64,000 bases of DNA. Origin: Podarcis bocagei (lineage: Eukaryota). Below, piece after piece: positions 38,859 to 50,059 of the stretch (its first letter is position 1; each line of letters begins with the position of its first letter). The position numbers were made by a program, and so were the translations under genes. The notes beneath the pieces were generated by a model. The model had not been told where the DNA came from, ran no database searches, and saw only the letters and a program-made list of their open reading frames with translations. The stretch lies in the NCBI GenBank assembly GCA_964188305.1, contig OZ076889.1; one strand, given 5' to 3'.

Positions 38859-39688
38859 GAAATATCAACAACCTCAGATATGCAGATGACACAACCTTGA
38901 TGGCAGAAAGTGAGGAGGAATTAAAGAACCTTTTAATGAGGGTGAAAGAGGAGAGCGCAAAATATGGTCTGAAGCTCAACATCAAAAAAACGAAGATCAA
39001 GGCCACTGGTCCCATCACCTCCTGGCAAATAGAAGGGGAAGAAATGGAGGCAGTGAGAGATTTTACTTTCTTGGGCTCCATGATCACTTTCTTGGGCTCC
39101 ATGATCACTGCAGATGGCGACAGCAGTCACGAAATTAAAAGACGCCTGCTCCTTGGGAGAAAGGCGATGGTAAACCTAGACAACATCTTAAAAAGCAGAG
39201 ACATCACCTTGCCAACAAAGGTCCGTATAGTTAAAGCCATGGTTTTCCCGGTAGTAATGTATGGAAGCAAGAGCTGGACCATAAAGAAGGCTGATCGCCG
39301 AATAATTGATGCTTTTGAATTATGGTGCTGGAGGAGACTCTTGAGAGTCCCATGGACTGCAAGAAGATCAAACGTATCCATTCTGAAGGAAATCAGCCCT
39401 GAGTGCTCACTGGAAGGACAGATCCTGAAGCTGCTGCTCCAATACTTTGGCCACCTCATGAGAAGAGAAGAGAAGACTCCCTGGAAAAGACCCTGTTGGG
39501 AAAGATTGAGGGCACAAGGAGAAGGGGACAACGGAGGACGAGATGGTTGGACAGTGTTCTCGAAGCTACAAACATGAGTCTGACCAAACTGCGGGAGGCA
39601 GTGGAAGACAGGAGTGCCTGGCGTGCTCTGGTCCATGGGGTCATGAAGAGTCGGACACGACTAAATGACTAAATAACAACAACAACAA
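38859..39688 (+). mobile_element. BovB (RTE-clade) LINE, 5'-truncated, with 10-bp TSD
   Basis: NINNLRYADDTTLMAESEEELK...GLKLNIKKTKI...IDAFELWCWRRLLRVPWTARRSN; (CAA)n tail; TSD accctttttg at 38849-38858 and 39689-39698. Confidence 0.95.
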
Positions 39689-40179
39689 ACCCTTTTTGCC
39701 TTGGTGAGTCATTCATATCATTGCTATCTTTTTAGCTGCTGCGCATGGTAAGCAGAAATCTGTAGGAAGGTAGCTGAAAAGTAAGACAAAAAAAGCCTTA
39801 TTTGCTAGAAACAATAGCAAAATCCTGTCCAGATTTCTGTTTGTGCATGCAAAGAAACCAGTATTTACACTGATGTATTTATCTAATGTTCTGGGGTTGT
39901 AACCAGCAATGTAGCACCTGGCTAATGCTCCACTAGCCAGTTGACTCTAGTGCATTTTGAATGAAGCTATATGGTCTGTTTGGAGATCTCTCTCCCTCCA
40001 CATTCCTCTTTTGTAGCCTCTCCCAGCTCAAGGCCTTGGAGGAAAAGTGACTGCTTGTGACATGTTAATGAGGTGTTAATAGCTCCAAGTGAGGTGCGAA
40101 TAGTTGCTGAAATAGTCTTAATGGCAGCTGCATGGACCTTATACTATAGGTGGGGAAGAAGAAGAAGAAAGACCAAAAG

Positions 40180-41410
40180 GTTTTTCATTTCCCAGAACAT
40201 GGAAGAAGCAACAAGGGGAGCATCTTTCTTGGACCTGGTCCTCTCTAACAGGGAGGAACTGATTGACGAAGTGGAAGTACTGGGAATCTTTGTGAGGAAG
40301 TGATAATGTTCCCTTGGGTTTCATTCTATAGAGGCAAGGGAAAGCTGAATGTAGTCGAACATGCACTCTGGAATTTAAGAAGACTGATTTCAAAAAGCTT
40401 AAGGAATTACTGGGTAATCTCAGAGACTCTGTCTATCATCTTTGAGAATTCTTGGAATACAGGTGAGGTCCATCTTCAAAAAAGGCGAAAAGAAGACCCT
40501 GGTAACTATCAGCCAGACAAGGTGGTGTTGAGACCAGGAAAGGTCATTGAGCTTATAACTAAACTGTCGGTCTGTGAGCACTTAAAAAATGATGCCTTGA
40601 TTACTAAGAACCAGCATGGGTTTCTAAGCTGCAACTACAGAAGTACAGTGTCCTGATCAAGGGAGGTAATAGTACCACTGTATTCTGCCTTGGTCAGGCC
40701 ATACCTAGAATACTGTGTCCAGTTCTGGGTGCCACAATTTAAGAAGGATATTGACAAGCTGGAACATAAAGAGGAGGGCTACCAAGATGATCAATGGTCT
40801 GGAAACTCTTGGGGAATGGTTAAGGGAATTGGGTGTGCTTAGCCTGCTAAAGAGGAGACTGAGAGGAGATGTGATTGCCATCTTCAAATATCTCAAGGGC
40901 TGTCACACGGAAGATTGAGTAAGTTTGTTTTCTCCTGTTCTGGAGGGTAGGACCCAAACCAATGGCTTCAGGTTACAAGAAAGGAGATTCCAACTTAACA
41001 TCAAGAATAACTTTCTGATGGTAAGAGTTGTTTGTCAGTGGAACAGGCTCCCTCAGAAGGTGGCGGACTCTCCTTCCTTGGAGGTGCTTAAGTAGAGGTT
41101 GGATGGCCATCTGTCATGGATGCTTTAGTTGAGATTCCTGCACTGCAGATTTGAAGAATAGCAGCTGATAGGAAGCGGAAGTTACAAATATAATGGGTAA
41201 AATATAAGTAATATAGCAGCTTTGTAAGGTAAGAAGCGAACACCATGGAAGGCTGGATGGAAAGTCGATGCGTATGAGATGTATGTTCTGACGATTGTTT
41301 AAAAGAATTTGAAAAGCTAAAAAAAATGTTGAAAAGGAGTTTCATGAACTTCAATGGGTTGGGCTAGATAACCCTCGGGGTCCCTTCCAAGTCTACAGTT
41401 CTATGATTCT
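40180..41410 (+). mobile_element. Degenerate, internally deleted CR1 LINE with an insertion in its 3' UTR
   Basis: Fragments TRGASFLDLVLSNREELI, KEDPGNYQP, KNQHGF and [17 protein letters not shown]; tail ttctatgattct at about 41400. Confidence 0.88.
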
Positions 41411-42006
41411 TTAACAGGAGGGCATGTGCCACTGCTGTTTACATGGAAGATGGCAAGGAGGAGATCCATTGCACATGCCTTTGGGGCACAGAGAGGCATT
41501 ACCAACTCATTGTTGAACATCCAAATACACTGAATAGTTGATTTTGCGAGGCAGTTGGGCAATCGGATCTGGCCAAGGGTACTTTCTAAGGGCATTCCAA
41601 AAAGTGTGAACCTGTCGACTTCGCTAGATCACCAGAAACCAGAGCTCTGGGAGCAGGAGCTGCTACAGAGACCCTCATCAAAGCCTGTGGTTTAAGAAGC
41701 CCCGAAGCAAGTCTTGCAATGTACAGCCCAAAAGGAAGGCCCCTCTTGAAACCCACAACATGTGTTCTTACGGTGCAGCCATTGCTGTTGACGAACAACA
41801 TACATTTTGACATCTCTGTGTGTGCATAAGCACACCGGCTGTCTTTGGAGAGTGTGGGCAGCTGGAGCAGGTTGCTCTTAGTCACTGCAGTGGTGAAGTG
41901 ACTGTTTTACACCAATTTGGGGAGCAGTTTTATTCCAAGACGCACAGAGGTCTAATTTGGCCGTTTTGTTCTTCTCTCCATTGTTGCTTGTTCAGCTGCT
42001 TTTAAA

Positions 42007-42021
42007 GCACGCGCGTGCGCG

Positions 42022-42077
<56 letters not shown>
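42007..42077. repeat. Compound microsatellite (CG)n(CA)n(GA)n
   Basis: Read directly. Confidence 0.95.
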
Positions 42078-44006
42078 CAACTTTCTGCCTTTTCTTAATA
42101 AAAATTGCATCCAGTTTGGGACATCTTGTGGGGGAAACGGTACAGAGTGGAGAGGTGGGGATGAATGCAACTGGAAAGATTAATTTTTTAAAACGCTTCT
42201 AACCATTAAAGCCTAGTCAGGGGCTGTTGACAGATGCCTTTTTAAACGGGACACTGTTATGCTTTAGTTTAATATATTCTGGCAGTGTCAGCGAGGTTAA
42301 GGCTAATACAGAGTTGTGCGGATCCTGTCAGGAGGAATGTGGGGATTACATTTAAAAGGGGGTGGGTGGGGTGAGCTGCGCAGCTGTGTACACTTATTAC
42401 AAAAAAGGGGGTTAAGTCCCACCGCTAGAATCAATATATTAAATTGCAAGGGCCTTTGTTTTTAATTAGTCAAAATAAAGTATGCTGTTATAGCTGTTAT
42501 GGCTTCTCTCCTTGAACCGCAGTGAGGAAATGCTAATATTTATACTGAAACTGTTAATTTGTGGCTAAAACAATAACATGTTTAGTTTTTACACAGCTCA
42601 GTGCGTCTTAATGCACAAGATGCCCAAGAGTGGCTGAGATGACAGATTGGAATCAGCTGAGTGAAGGAATAAGGCAGAGTGTTTAACAGTGGCCAGGTGG
42701 AATATTTTAGCCAGTAATGCACCACATTTGGCAATAATGGTATATCTCCCCCCGCCACCTTTCTTTTTTCCTAAACCCTTCCTGTCACACACTTGACTTA
42801 TTTCAATAATGTTCATCCGGGATTGACTTAATTGTGTCCGTTTTAGTCTTTCAAGAAACAAACGAAGGGATCGCTTTAGAAATAAATTTTTAAAAATCCA
42901 TTCTATGGGACTTCTAATGAGTAACACATACACACAAGAGACTGCATCCCTCTAAGTTTTACTCAGAGTAGACCAATTGAAATGAATGGACTGATTTAGT
43001 CACATCCATTCATTTCAATGGGTTTTCACTGAGTGTTCCTAAACCCAGGATCAGGATGCGGGAACTGATTCTTTAATGCAAGGGTGGAGTGCCGCAGATG
43101 TTTTTGGCTCCCAGCAAGGATGGCCAGTAGTTGAGGATGAGTTGCAGCCCATCAACATCTGAAGGGCCACATGTTCCCCCTCCTGGCTTCGGTGTTGCTT
43201 TATAGTCTGCAAACTCATTAAAAGTTAGGTAAGCACCTGTCTGGAAGAGCAAGCACCATTGCTCATTAGCGGCAGAACGAAAACTGACCTTGACTTTAGT
43301 TACACAAGCATAAATCCTGCATTATTCTAATTGAACCATATTTTCAGCCAATACAACTGGAGTAGGCTACAGCCAAGATCCTCACAAGGAAAAGGCTAGC
43401 ATGTGGTGGCTTGTTGTTATGGTTGGCCTCGGATTAAATACCCAGTGAAAGAGTGCAACCTTGGGCATTATTTTGAAATTCAGGTTGAGTGAGATGGCAA
43501 TGAGAGTGGACCATTTCACTTCATCATGTTCTTAGGTGTCTAGAGCAAAGGAGAGATGTTTTATGTTTGTGCATAATTTGGTGTTACGGTAGTAGTTTTC
43601 CTGTTCACTTCTGGGACCTCTTTTGTTTATTGATTCATGTTTGGTCTGCTGCATCCCCTGTGCCACCTCCTGTACTGTCCCAGTTTGGCCCCAACCTTCT
43701 GGAGCAGTTTTTTGGCGTGTGCAGGGATCTAAATGGGGAAATGGGCAAAAGTCGCCTGCCATTCCGCCGGCAGGAGCAAAGTCTTGATCCAAGCCGTAGT
43801 AGCTATGTGTTGCATTGAGATACATTATGTACCTTTGAAAATTGTAAGTACGAAAATCAGTGTGTTAAGGAATGGTTGACGGTCATTAGTTTCGGAATGG
43901 TAAATTTAGGGATGATGTACGACTATTCTCTCTACGTTGGTCTGACAAAATAGTTCTTAGGTATTTTAACATGCCGATGTGCCTGTAGTTTTTAAAAGAA
44001 GAATTA

Positions 44007-44232
44007 CAGTGGTACCTCGGGTTAAGAACTTAATTCGTTCTGGAGGTCCATTCTTAACCTGAAACTGTTCTTAACTTGAGGTACCACTTTAGCTAATGGG
44101 GCCTCCTGCTTCTGCCGCGCCGCCGTCCTGCGATTTCTGTTCTCATCCTGAAGCAAAGTTCTTAACCCGAGGTACTATTTCTGGGTTAGTGGAGTCTGTA
44201 ACCTGAAGCGTCTGTAACCCGAGGTACCACTG
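44007..44232. mobile_element. Tc1/mariner MITE, same family as 26911
   Basis: Perfect TIR cagtggtacctcgggtta / taacccgaggtaccactg, flanked by TA. Confidence 0.92.
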
Positions 44233-44554
44233 TATGTGCAATATTTTCTTGACTTACTTGTTTATTTTTAAATAAAAATGCATGTTATATATATTTACCA
44301 ATGTGCGCGAGGCACGTGCAGCCTAAGTAGTTCACGATGCTTGCTAAAATGAAGCTCAGCTATCACTCAGAACTCTAATTGTTAGTTCTTAAAGAGGAGG
44401 GCTTTTCCAGCTGGCATAGCCCTTTCCCCTGGGGCAGAGTGGAATAATTGTCTTTGCAGCTGCCCCAGGGAAGTCAGCTATAAATGCAGCATGAAATCAG
44501 TCCTGTTGCCGAATCCCCAGAACATATATTAGTGCAATCCCTCTTTCATAATGG

Positions 44555-44747
44555 CATAGGAACAAAGGAAGCGGCCTTCCACTGATTCAGACTGTTTCTC
44601 TGTCTTGTTCATTATTGTCAGAACTGACTGGCAGCAGCTCTCTGGGGGTTTAGGCAAAGGTCTTCCCTGGCTCTACCTAGAGGTACTGGGGATTGAACTG
44701 GGATCTTCTGTATGCAGAGCAGATGCTCTACCCCTGAGCTATGGCCC
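44555..44747 (-). mobile_element. tRNA-Ala-like SINE; related decayed copies near 3611-3700 plus 4330-4430, 9315-9480, 11015-11075, 18010-18082, 29330-29490, 38575-38670 and 45945-46000
   Basis: Minus strand gggccatagctcaggggtagagcatctgctctgcatacagaagatcccagttcaatcccc head and a ...ttcctatg tail. Confidence 0.7.
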
Positions 44748-45440
44748 TTCACTCTGCAGTCTCCACTGGCCTTTGGTCTGTGCTGAAGTGCCACGGCTAC
44801 CTGGGGAAAGGAGGGTGAGCTTCCATCAGCATAGAAGGGCCTGGCCTGGATGAGAGCCAGGAAGAAGTAACTCTAATATGATCTTCCAGTTAGAACTTCT
44901 TCATCACTGAAGCTTTCCGCTCCATCTGGGGAAAAGACCAGAAGTCCTTAAATGCTTTGGGTTAGGGGGCTTCAGGGTCTGGTTGTAGGTAGTTCTGAGC
45001 TCTTGTAGTTCTCTTCTTATAACCACAAATCCCTATTATGGAGTCCAACACAAATTAGAGCCCCACATTCTCCTTTTGGCCTTTGGTACCTTCTTGCTAA
45101 GTGGAGCAAAACCTCCAAACAATGGCTTATCTAGTCGCTCAGAACAATTATGGTCTGCAGTACTCCTTAGGACTGGGACATTTCATAATGTTGCTTCAAA
45201 TGCCTAGGGAACATGGGAAGGTTGCTTATACCAGGTCCATCTTATTCTAGTATTGCCTAGCATTGGGGTGGGAAGAAGGTAGATTGGGAATTTAGAGTAG
45301 ATCTTTGGGTGATTTGCTGTAGGTTGGCTGGACTTTTGGTTTCCAGTTGTTGAACAATAGAACAACAAAGTAGACTTCTGAAACAAAGAAAGCTGTGGCA
45401 GGAGTGGGAGGTGTGGAGTTTTCTGCTCAAAGACTAGGAG

Positions 45441-45705
45441 TCATGGAATCATAGAGTTTGAAGGAACCCCGAGAGTCATCTAGTCCAATCTCCTGCAAAG
45501 CAGGAATCCCAACTAAAGCATCCATGGCAGATGGCTGCCCAACCTCTGCTTCAAAACCTCCAAGGAAGGAGAGCCGACCACCTTTCTTGGGAGTCCATTC
45601 CACTGTTGAACAGCTCTTATCATCATAAAGTTCTTCCTGTTAAGTTGGAATCTCCTTCCTTGTAACTTGAAGCCATTGGTTCAAGTCCTACCTTCTAGAG
45701 CAGGA
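45441..45705 (-). mobile_element. CR1 3' fragment
   Basis: Reverse complement of the CR1 3' UTR and ORF2 end; closely resembles 3704-3960. Confidence 0.85.
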
Positions 45706-48404
45706 CCTCAGTTCTAGGGCCAGAAACAAATTATATGACAGAGCCATGTGCTCCAAAGTAGCCCGCACCAGTTCTGTATCTGGCTCCTGAGCCACTGTTT
45801 TTCACTTGGGTCTGGTTGTTGGCTTTTGAGGTTCTAGCAGAAACCAAAGTAGATTCTGTAATCCTGAAATCTCTCTCCCACCCACTAGGCTAGCAGCTGC
45901 TGTCCAAAGTCTCAGGCAGAACCTTACTGTCTGAAATAGCTCTTACTGGAGATGCCCAGGATTGAGTTCAGGACTTATAAAAGAATATGTTCTACCACTG
46001 ATCCTTAGTCTTCTCTATGAAAACTTCCCCATGCCTAGAAATGTTAGCATGTCAGGCAGAAAGCTAGACATGTTTCCCATAACACTCTAGCTTTCCAGAG
46101 GCAGTGTTGTTGTTGTTTTAATATGGAGATTCCCCACAACTATAGATTGCTGCCCCGCAAGGTCTCTGAACATGTAGATCAGGTCTGCGTGCTCTAAGCT
46201 CCAAGTTCCAGTGTAATTGCCTTATTGTTTTGGAACCAAGATGTTTATAATCTGGTTCCTGTGCAAACATGCTGAATGTGTGTTAATGTGTTTCAAAACC
46301 AGACCCCCTCAGCAAAATCTCTGCTTTTCATTAATTGACATCAGTAGCACATGGTACAGTATTTCAAAGTGCCGGCCAAATCTGAGCTGTGTTTCTAATT
46401 TCCTTACTTTCCTGTGTTTGGAATGCCAATGTTAATTTGTTCCCATGGAAGAGCGAGCGCTGCCAACCATCGCTTTAAGTAAATGGCTTTGCAGCGCAGG
46501 GCTGCCAACACTAAATGATACTTGGGGGAGATTCCTTGGCCGAGCTTGCCAGATTTTGTACCCGGTGCTGGGAGTGCAAAGCAAGGATAGGGTGTTTACA
46601 ATATTGGTTACAAGTCTTTGCTTTGAAAGATTTAGTACAGCATGCTTTCAATTTTAATGAATAATCATAATAATGTAAAGGGTCGGATTAGCTCATTTAA
46701 CGAAGGACAAATGCAAAAGATTTACTGTTTGCACACGTTCCAGGCTGCATCCGAAGGCAGTGAAACCAATGGACTGATCCCTCCCCACAGTTACTTGCAA
46801 CCTGATTTCAGTGGCGCTGTCTGCAAAGGAAGGGTGTTTGGGGCTTCCACCTTAAAAGGAAATGACTACCCACAAAAATCAAGTCATTATTATTTTAATT
46901 CATGTTTTACATCTATACACTTCCAAGAGCTTTGAGGTGCTTGATTTTACTTGCTGTGGTATGCTAACAGGTTCTCTCTGAAGTCACCCTCAGGCATGTA
47001 TGCAGATCTTTCTTCCCTCCCTCTCCCCACAGTTATCAGGCAGGTGACCCTGTACATTTACTCAGATGTCAGATGAAGTCATTAATGTGTGGACCCCCTC
47101 CCCTGAAGTTTATATGTAAATCTGCTATTAGGACCATTCTAATTATGTAGGGAATAGTGTCAGTTCCTTCTTAGAGTCATTTTCCTACTAGACTTTTTTC
47201 TGCCTCCTGTGATCCTTTTACTTTTTGTTGTGACTTTTAACTATTATTGCTTTCCCCCCTTTATGGCCCTTTGAACCACAAGGGGCCCCAGAGTGTAGTC
47301 TGAAGACACATTAGACCACCAACTTGCTGAAGCCAAGCAGGTCTCATTCTTATCAATACCTGAATGAAAGACCACCTGGGAAACTCCACTGTTTTGCTCC
47401 TTGTGTTCCACGATGGAAGAAAAGTGGGGTATAAACTTTTGAAAAGTTAACTCTCATTTATCTCACAGAGAGGGCATGTCCACTCTATGGACTGGTTTAA
47501 CCATCATTACCTATACCTGGAACAGAAGCTAGAGATCTCTGAGAGTCAGTGTAGACATTGTTGCAGCCAGCTCCTTCTCCTCCTTCTATCAACCTTCACC
47601 AGTACATTTCAGGAAGGTTCACAACTCTAAATAATTGCTTATTTATAGTTGCTGGGGCAACCCAGTCAGATGGGCGGGGTACAAATAACAGTATTATTAC
47701 TATCATTTCAGTGGTTTACTCATGTAAAGATTGGGCATTACAAGAACATCTCAGACTCCCTCCTTCTCCTCTGACAGAGCTGCAAGGTGGAGTCTGGAAG
47801 CTTCCACTTTTGATAAACCATAGCGTGCACAATGGTGCCCAGGCTGGGACAGACTGTGTTAAGGTTGACCAGTGATTGTTGGAAACAAGCTAACTGTAGT
47901 CCATAGTTTATGAAACTATCTTGTTTTGATTAGCCAAAGTTAAGGGTTCAAACAACAGTTGATCAAATGGAAGCAGGAACGTCCGATCTCCTCATAGCCA
48001 TGTCCAAAGAGGAGGGGAGGAGTGGGAGTGCCTAGCCTTGGTAGAGGCTAGATTCATTCTCATAACACAAAATTCTAAACCATGGTTATGTCCAGGCACA
48101 CCTGTTTGTAGCATCTGAAGTGAGATGCTATTTCTGTGCATCTTGGGAGTTTTCCTAACCAATGCGTAAGAACTACACCTTGAGATGTTTCATAGATGTG
48201 TTGCTGCTGTGATCCTCTGAGGGAGTTCTCATGTATATATAACTGACAAACAGGAAACCTTTCAAAATGCAACATTGACATTGACCCCTACAGAGAATTC
48301 TCCGCATCTCCACCAAACTACAATTATTCCAATTGTCGGGGGGAAGCCACTATTAAAAGTTGGATGAAACTGATTGGAGTTTTGTAGTGCAGATATACAT
48401 GTTT

Positions 48405-48790
48405 TTAAAAAGGTAAAGGACCTCTGACAGTTAAGTCCAGTTGCAGACGACTCCGGGGTTGCGGCGCTCATCTCGCTTTACAGGCCAAGGGAGCTGGCGT
48501 TTGTCCACAGACAGTTTTTCCGGGTCATGTGGCCAGCATGACTAAGCCGCTTCTGGTGCAATGGAACACCGAAACCAGAGCAGCGCACAGAAATGCCGTT
48601 AACCTTCCCGCCTGAGCAGTACCTATTTATCTACTCGCACTTTTTTGGGTGTGCTTTTGAAGTGCTAGGTTGCCAGGAGCTGGGACTGAGCAATGGGAGC
48701 TCACCCCGTTGTGGGGATTCGAACCGGCGACCTTCTGATTGGGAAGCCCAAGAGGCTCAGTGGTTTAGACCACAACGCCACCCGCATCCC
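48405..48790 (-). mobile_element. Sauria SINE, full length, 12-bp TSD
   Basis: Same core as 17050; TSD atatacatgttt at 48393-48404 and 48791-48802. Confidence 0.92.
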
Positions 48791-49073
48791 ATATACATGT
48801 TTACTTATAGGCAAATCTCACTGCGTCCCGGCACCCATTATCTCTGATCAGGTGGGGCTGATAGGCGTTGCATTTCAACAACATCTGCAGAGCCCCAGAG
48901 GTTGGCTGCTCTTGCCCTAGTAACTGTGTTTATGATGACTGTGCTAAGCAACACTTGAAGGATGCTGTAAGGTACAGATGGCCAAGCTTTGCCATGACAT
49001 AAGGTAAAAGAAAATAAGGAAATTGTAGAAGCTCGTGGTTAGTTTTCGTTGTGTGCGCTATCTCTCTTTTAAA

Positions 49074-49242
49074 NNNNNNNNNNNNNNNNNNNNNNNNNNN
49101 NNNNNNNNNNNNNNNNNNNNNNNNNNNNNNNNNNNNNNNNNNNNNNNNNNNNNNNNNNNNNNNNNNNNNNNNNNNNNNNNNNNNNNNNNNNNNNNNNNNN
49201 NNNNNNNNNNNNNNNNNNNNNNNNNNNNNNNNNNNNNNNNNN
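49074..49242. other. Assembly gap (169 N)
   Basis: Run of N counted directly. Confidence 0.99.
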
Positions 49243-49420
49243 ATCCCAGATAGAAGGAGTGTACCGTTCTTCGGTCAAGGGTATACGATAGCTGCGCTCC
49301 CCTGCTAGAACCTCCAAACAAGCTCAAGGTCCATTTGTAGGAGAACGTAGGGTAGTCAAGCTTCCAAGACTCCAGACACATCCAAGTAAGGCGCTGCATG
49401 TGGCAGTTTGCCATTCTTTT
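49243..49420 (+). ncRNA. RN7SK: 7SK snRNA copy, 3' half (5' half presumably in the N gap); probably a retrocopy
   Basis: tcttcggtcaagggtatacgatagctgcgctcccctgctagaacctccaaacaagctcaaggtccatttgtaggagaacgtagggtagtcaagcttccaagactccagacacatcc...ggcgctgcatgtggcagtttgccattctttt matches the 3' half of vertebrate 7SK, including the 3' hairpin and oligo-U end. An A-rich tract follows. Confidence 0.92.
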
Positions 49421-50012
49421 AAAAGAAAAATAAATAAATAAATAAAGATTCAGAGCATTTTGATTTGATGCATCTCCTTAAATGCTTGAAATGCAGCTTG
49501 ACATAAGCAGGGCAACTTCACCCACTCCAGCCCTTCTCTCGAGGAGGCTTTTCAGAGCACAAGCTGCCTTCGGTTTCATGCGGCTAATGACACCAAATGG
49601 TTTTGAATCTCCTGTTTTATTGGAACAGGTGTAGCGCCTGCCATCTGCGCCAATGCCTTCCTTGGCCGGCAAGCAGAGCACTGTTTTGGTTCAATGGATT
49701 TAAAAGTCTCCTGAGAGCAAAGCAGCGAAAGAATGCAGAAAGCGTCTGGCAAAGGAAAAGCACTTTAAGTAATGAGCTTTGTCACTCAAGGCTTCTAGTA
49801 AATTGCCTTCAAATATTTCCAAACTATTTTTGGGGTGGAGGTGGGGGGTGGCAGAGTTGGGGACTGGAGACGTGGAAGGGAAGAAAAGAGAGAGAAATGC
49901 CTGCAGAGTTTTAAGTTTCTGTTGCTCTATGAAATCTTCTTTATCTTCTTGCAGTAGCTTCCAAGTGAGTTTGTTGGCCGGTTGATTTCAACCTTATGCT
50001 GCGTCCGTCAGC

Positions 50013-50023
50013 TGTGTGTGTGT

Positions 50024-50057
<34 letters not shown>
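50013..50057. repeat. (TG)n microsatellite
   Basis: Read directly. Confidence 0.95.
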
Positions 50058-50059
<2 letters not shown>

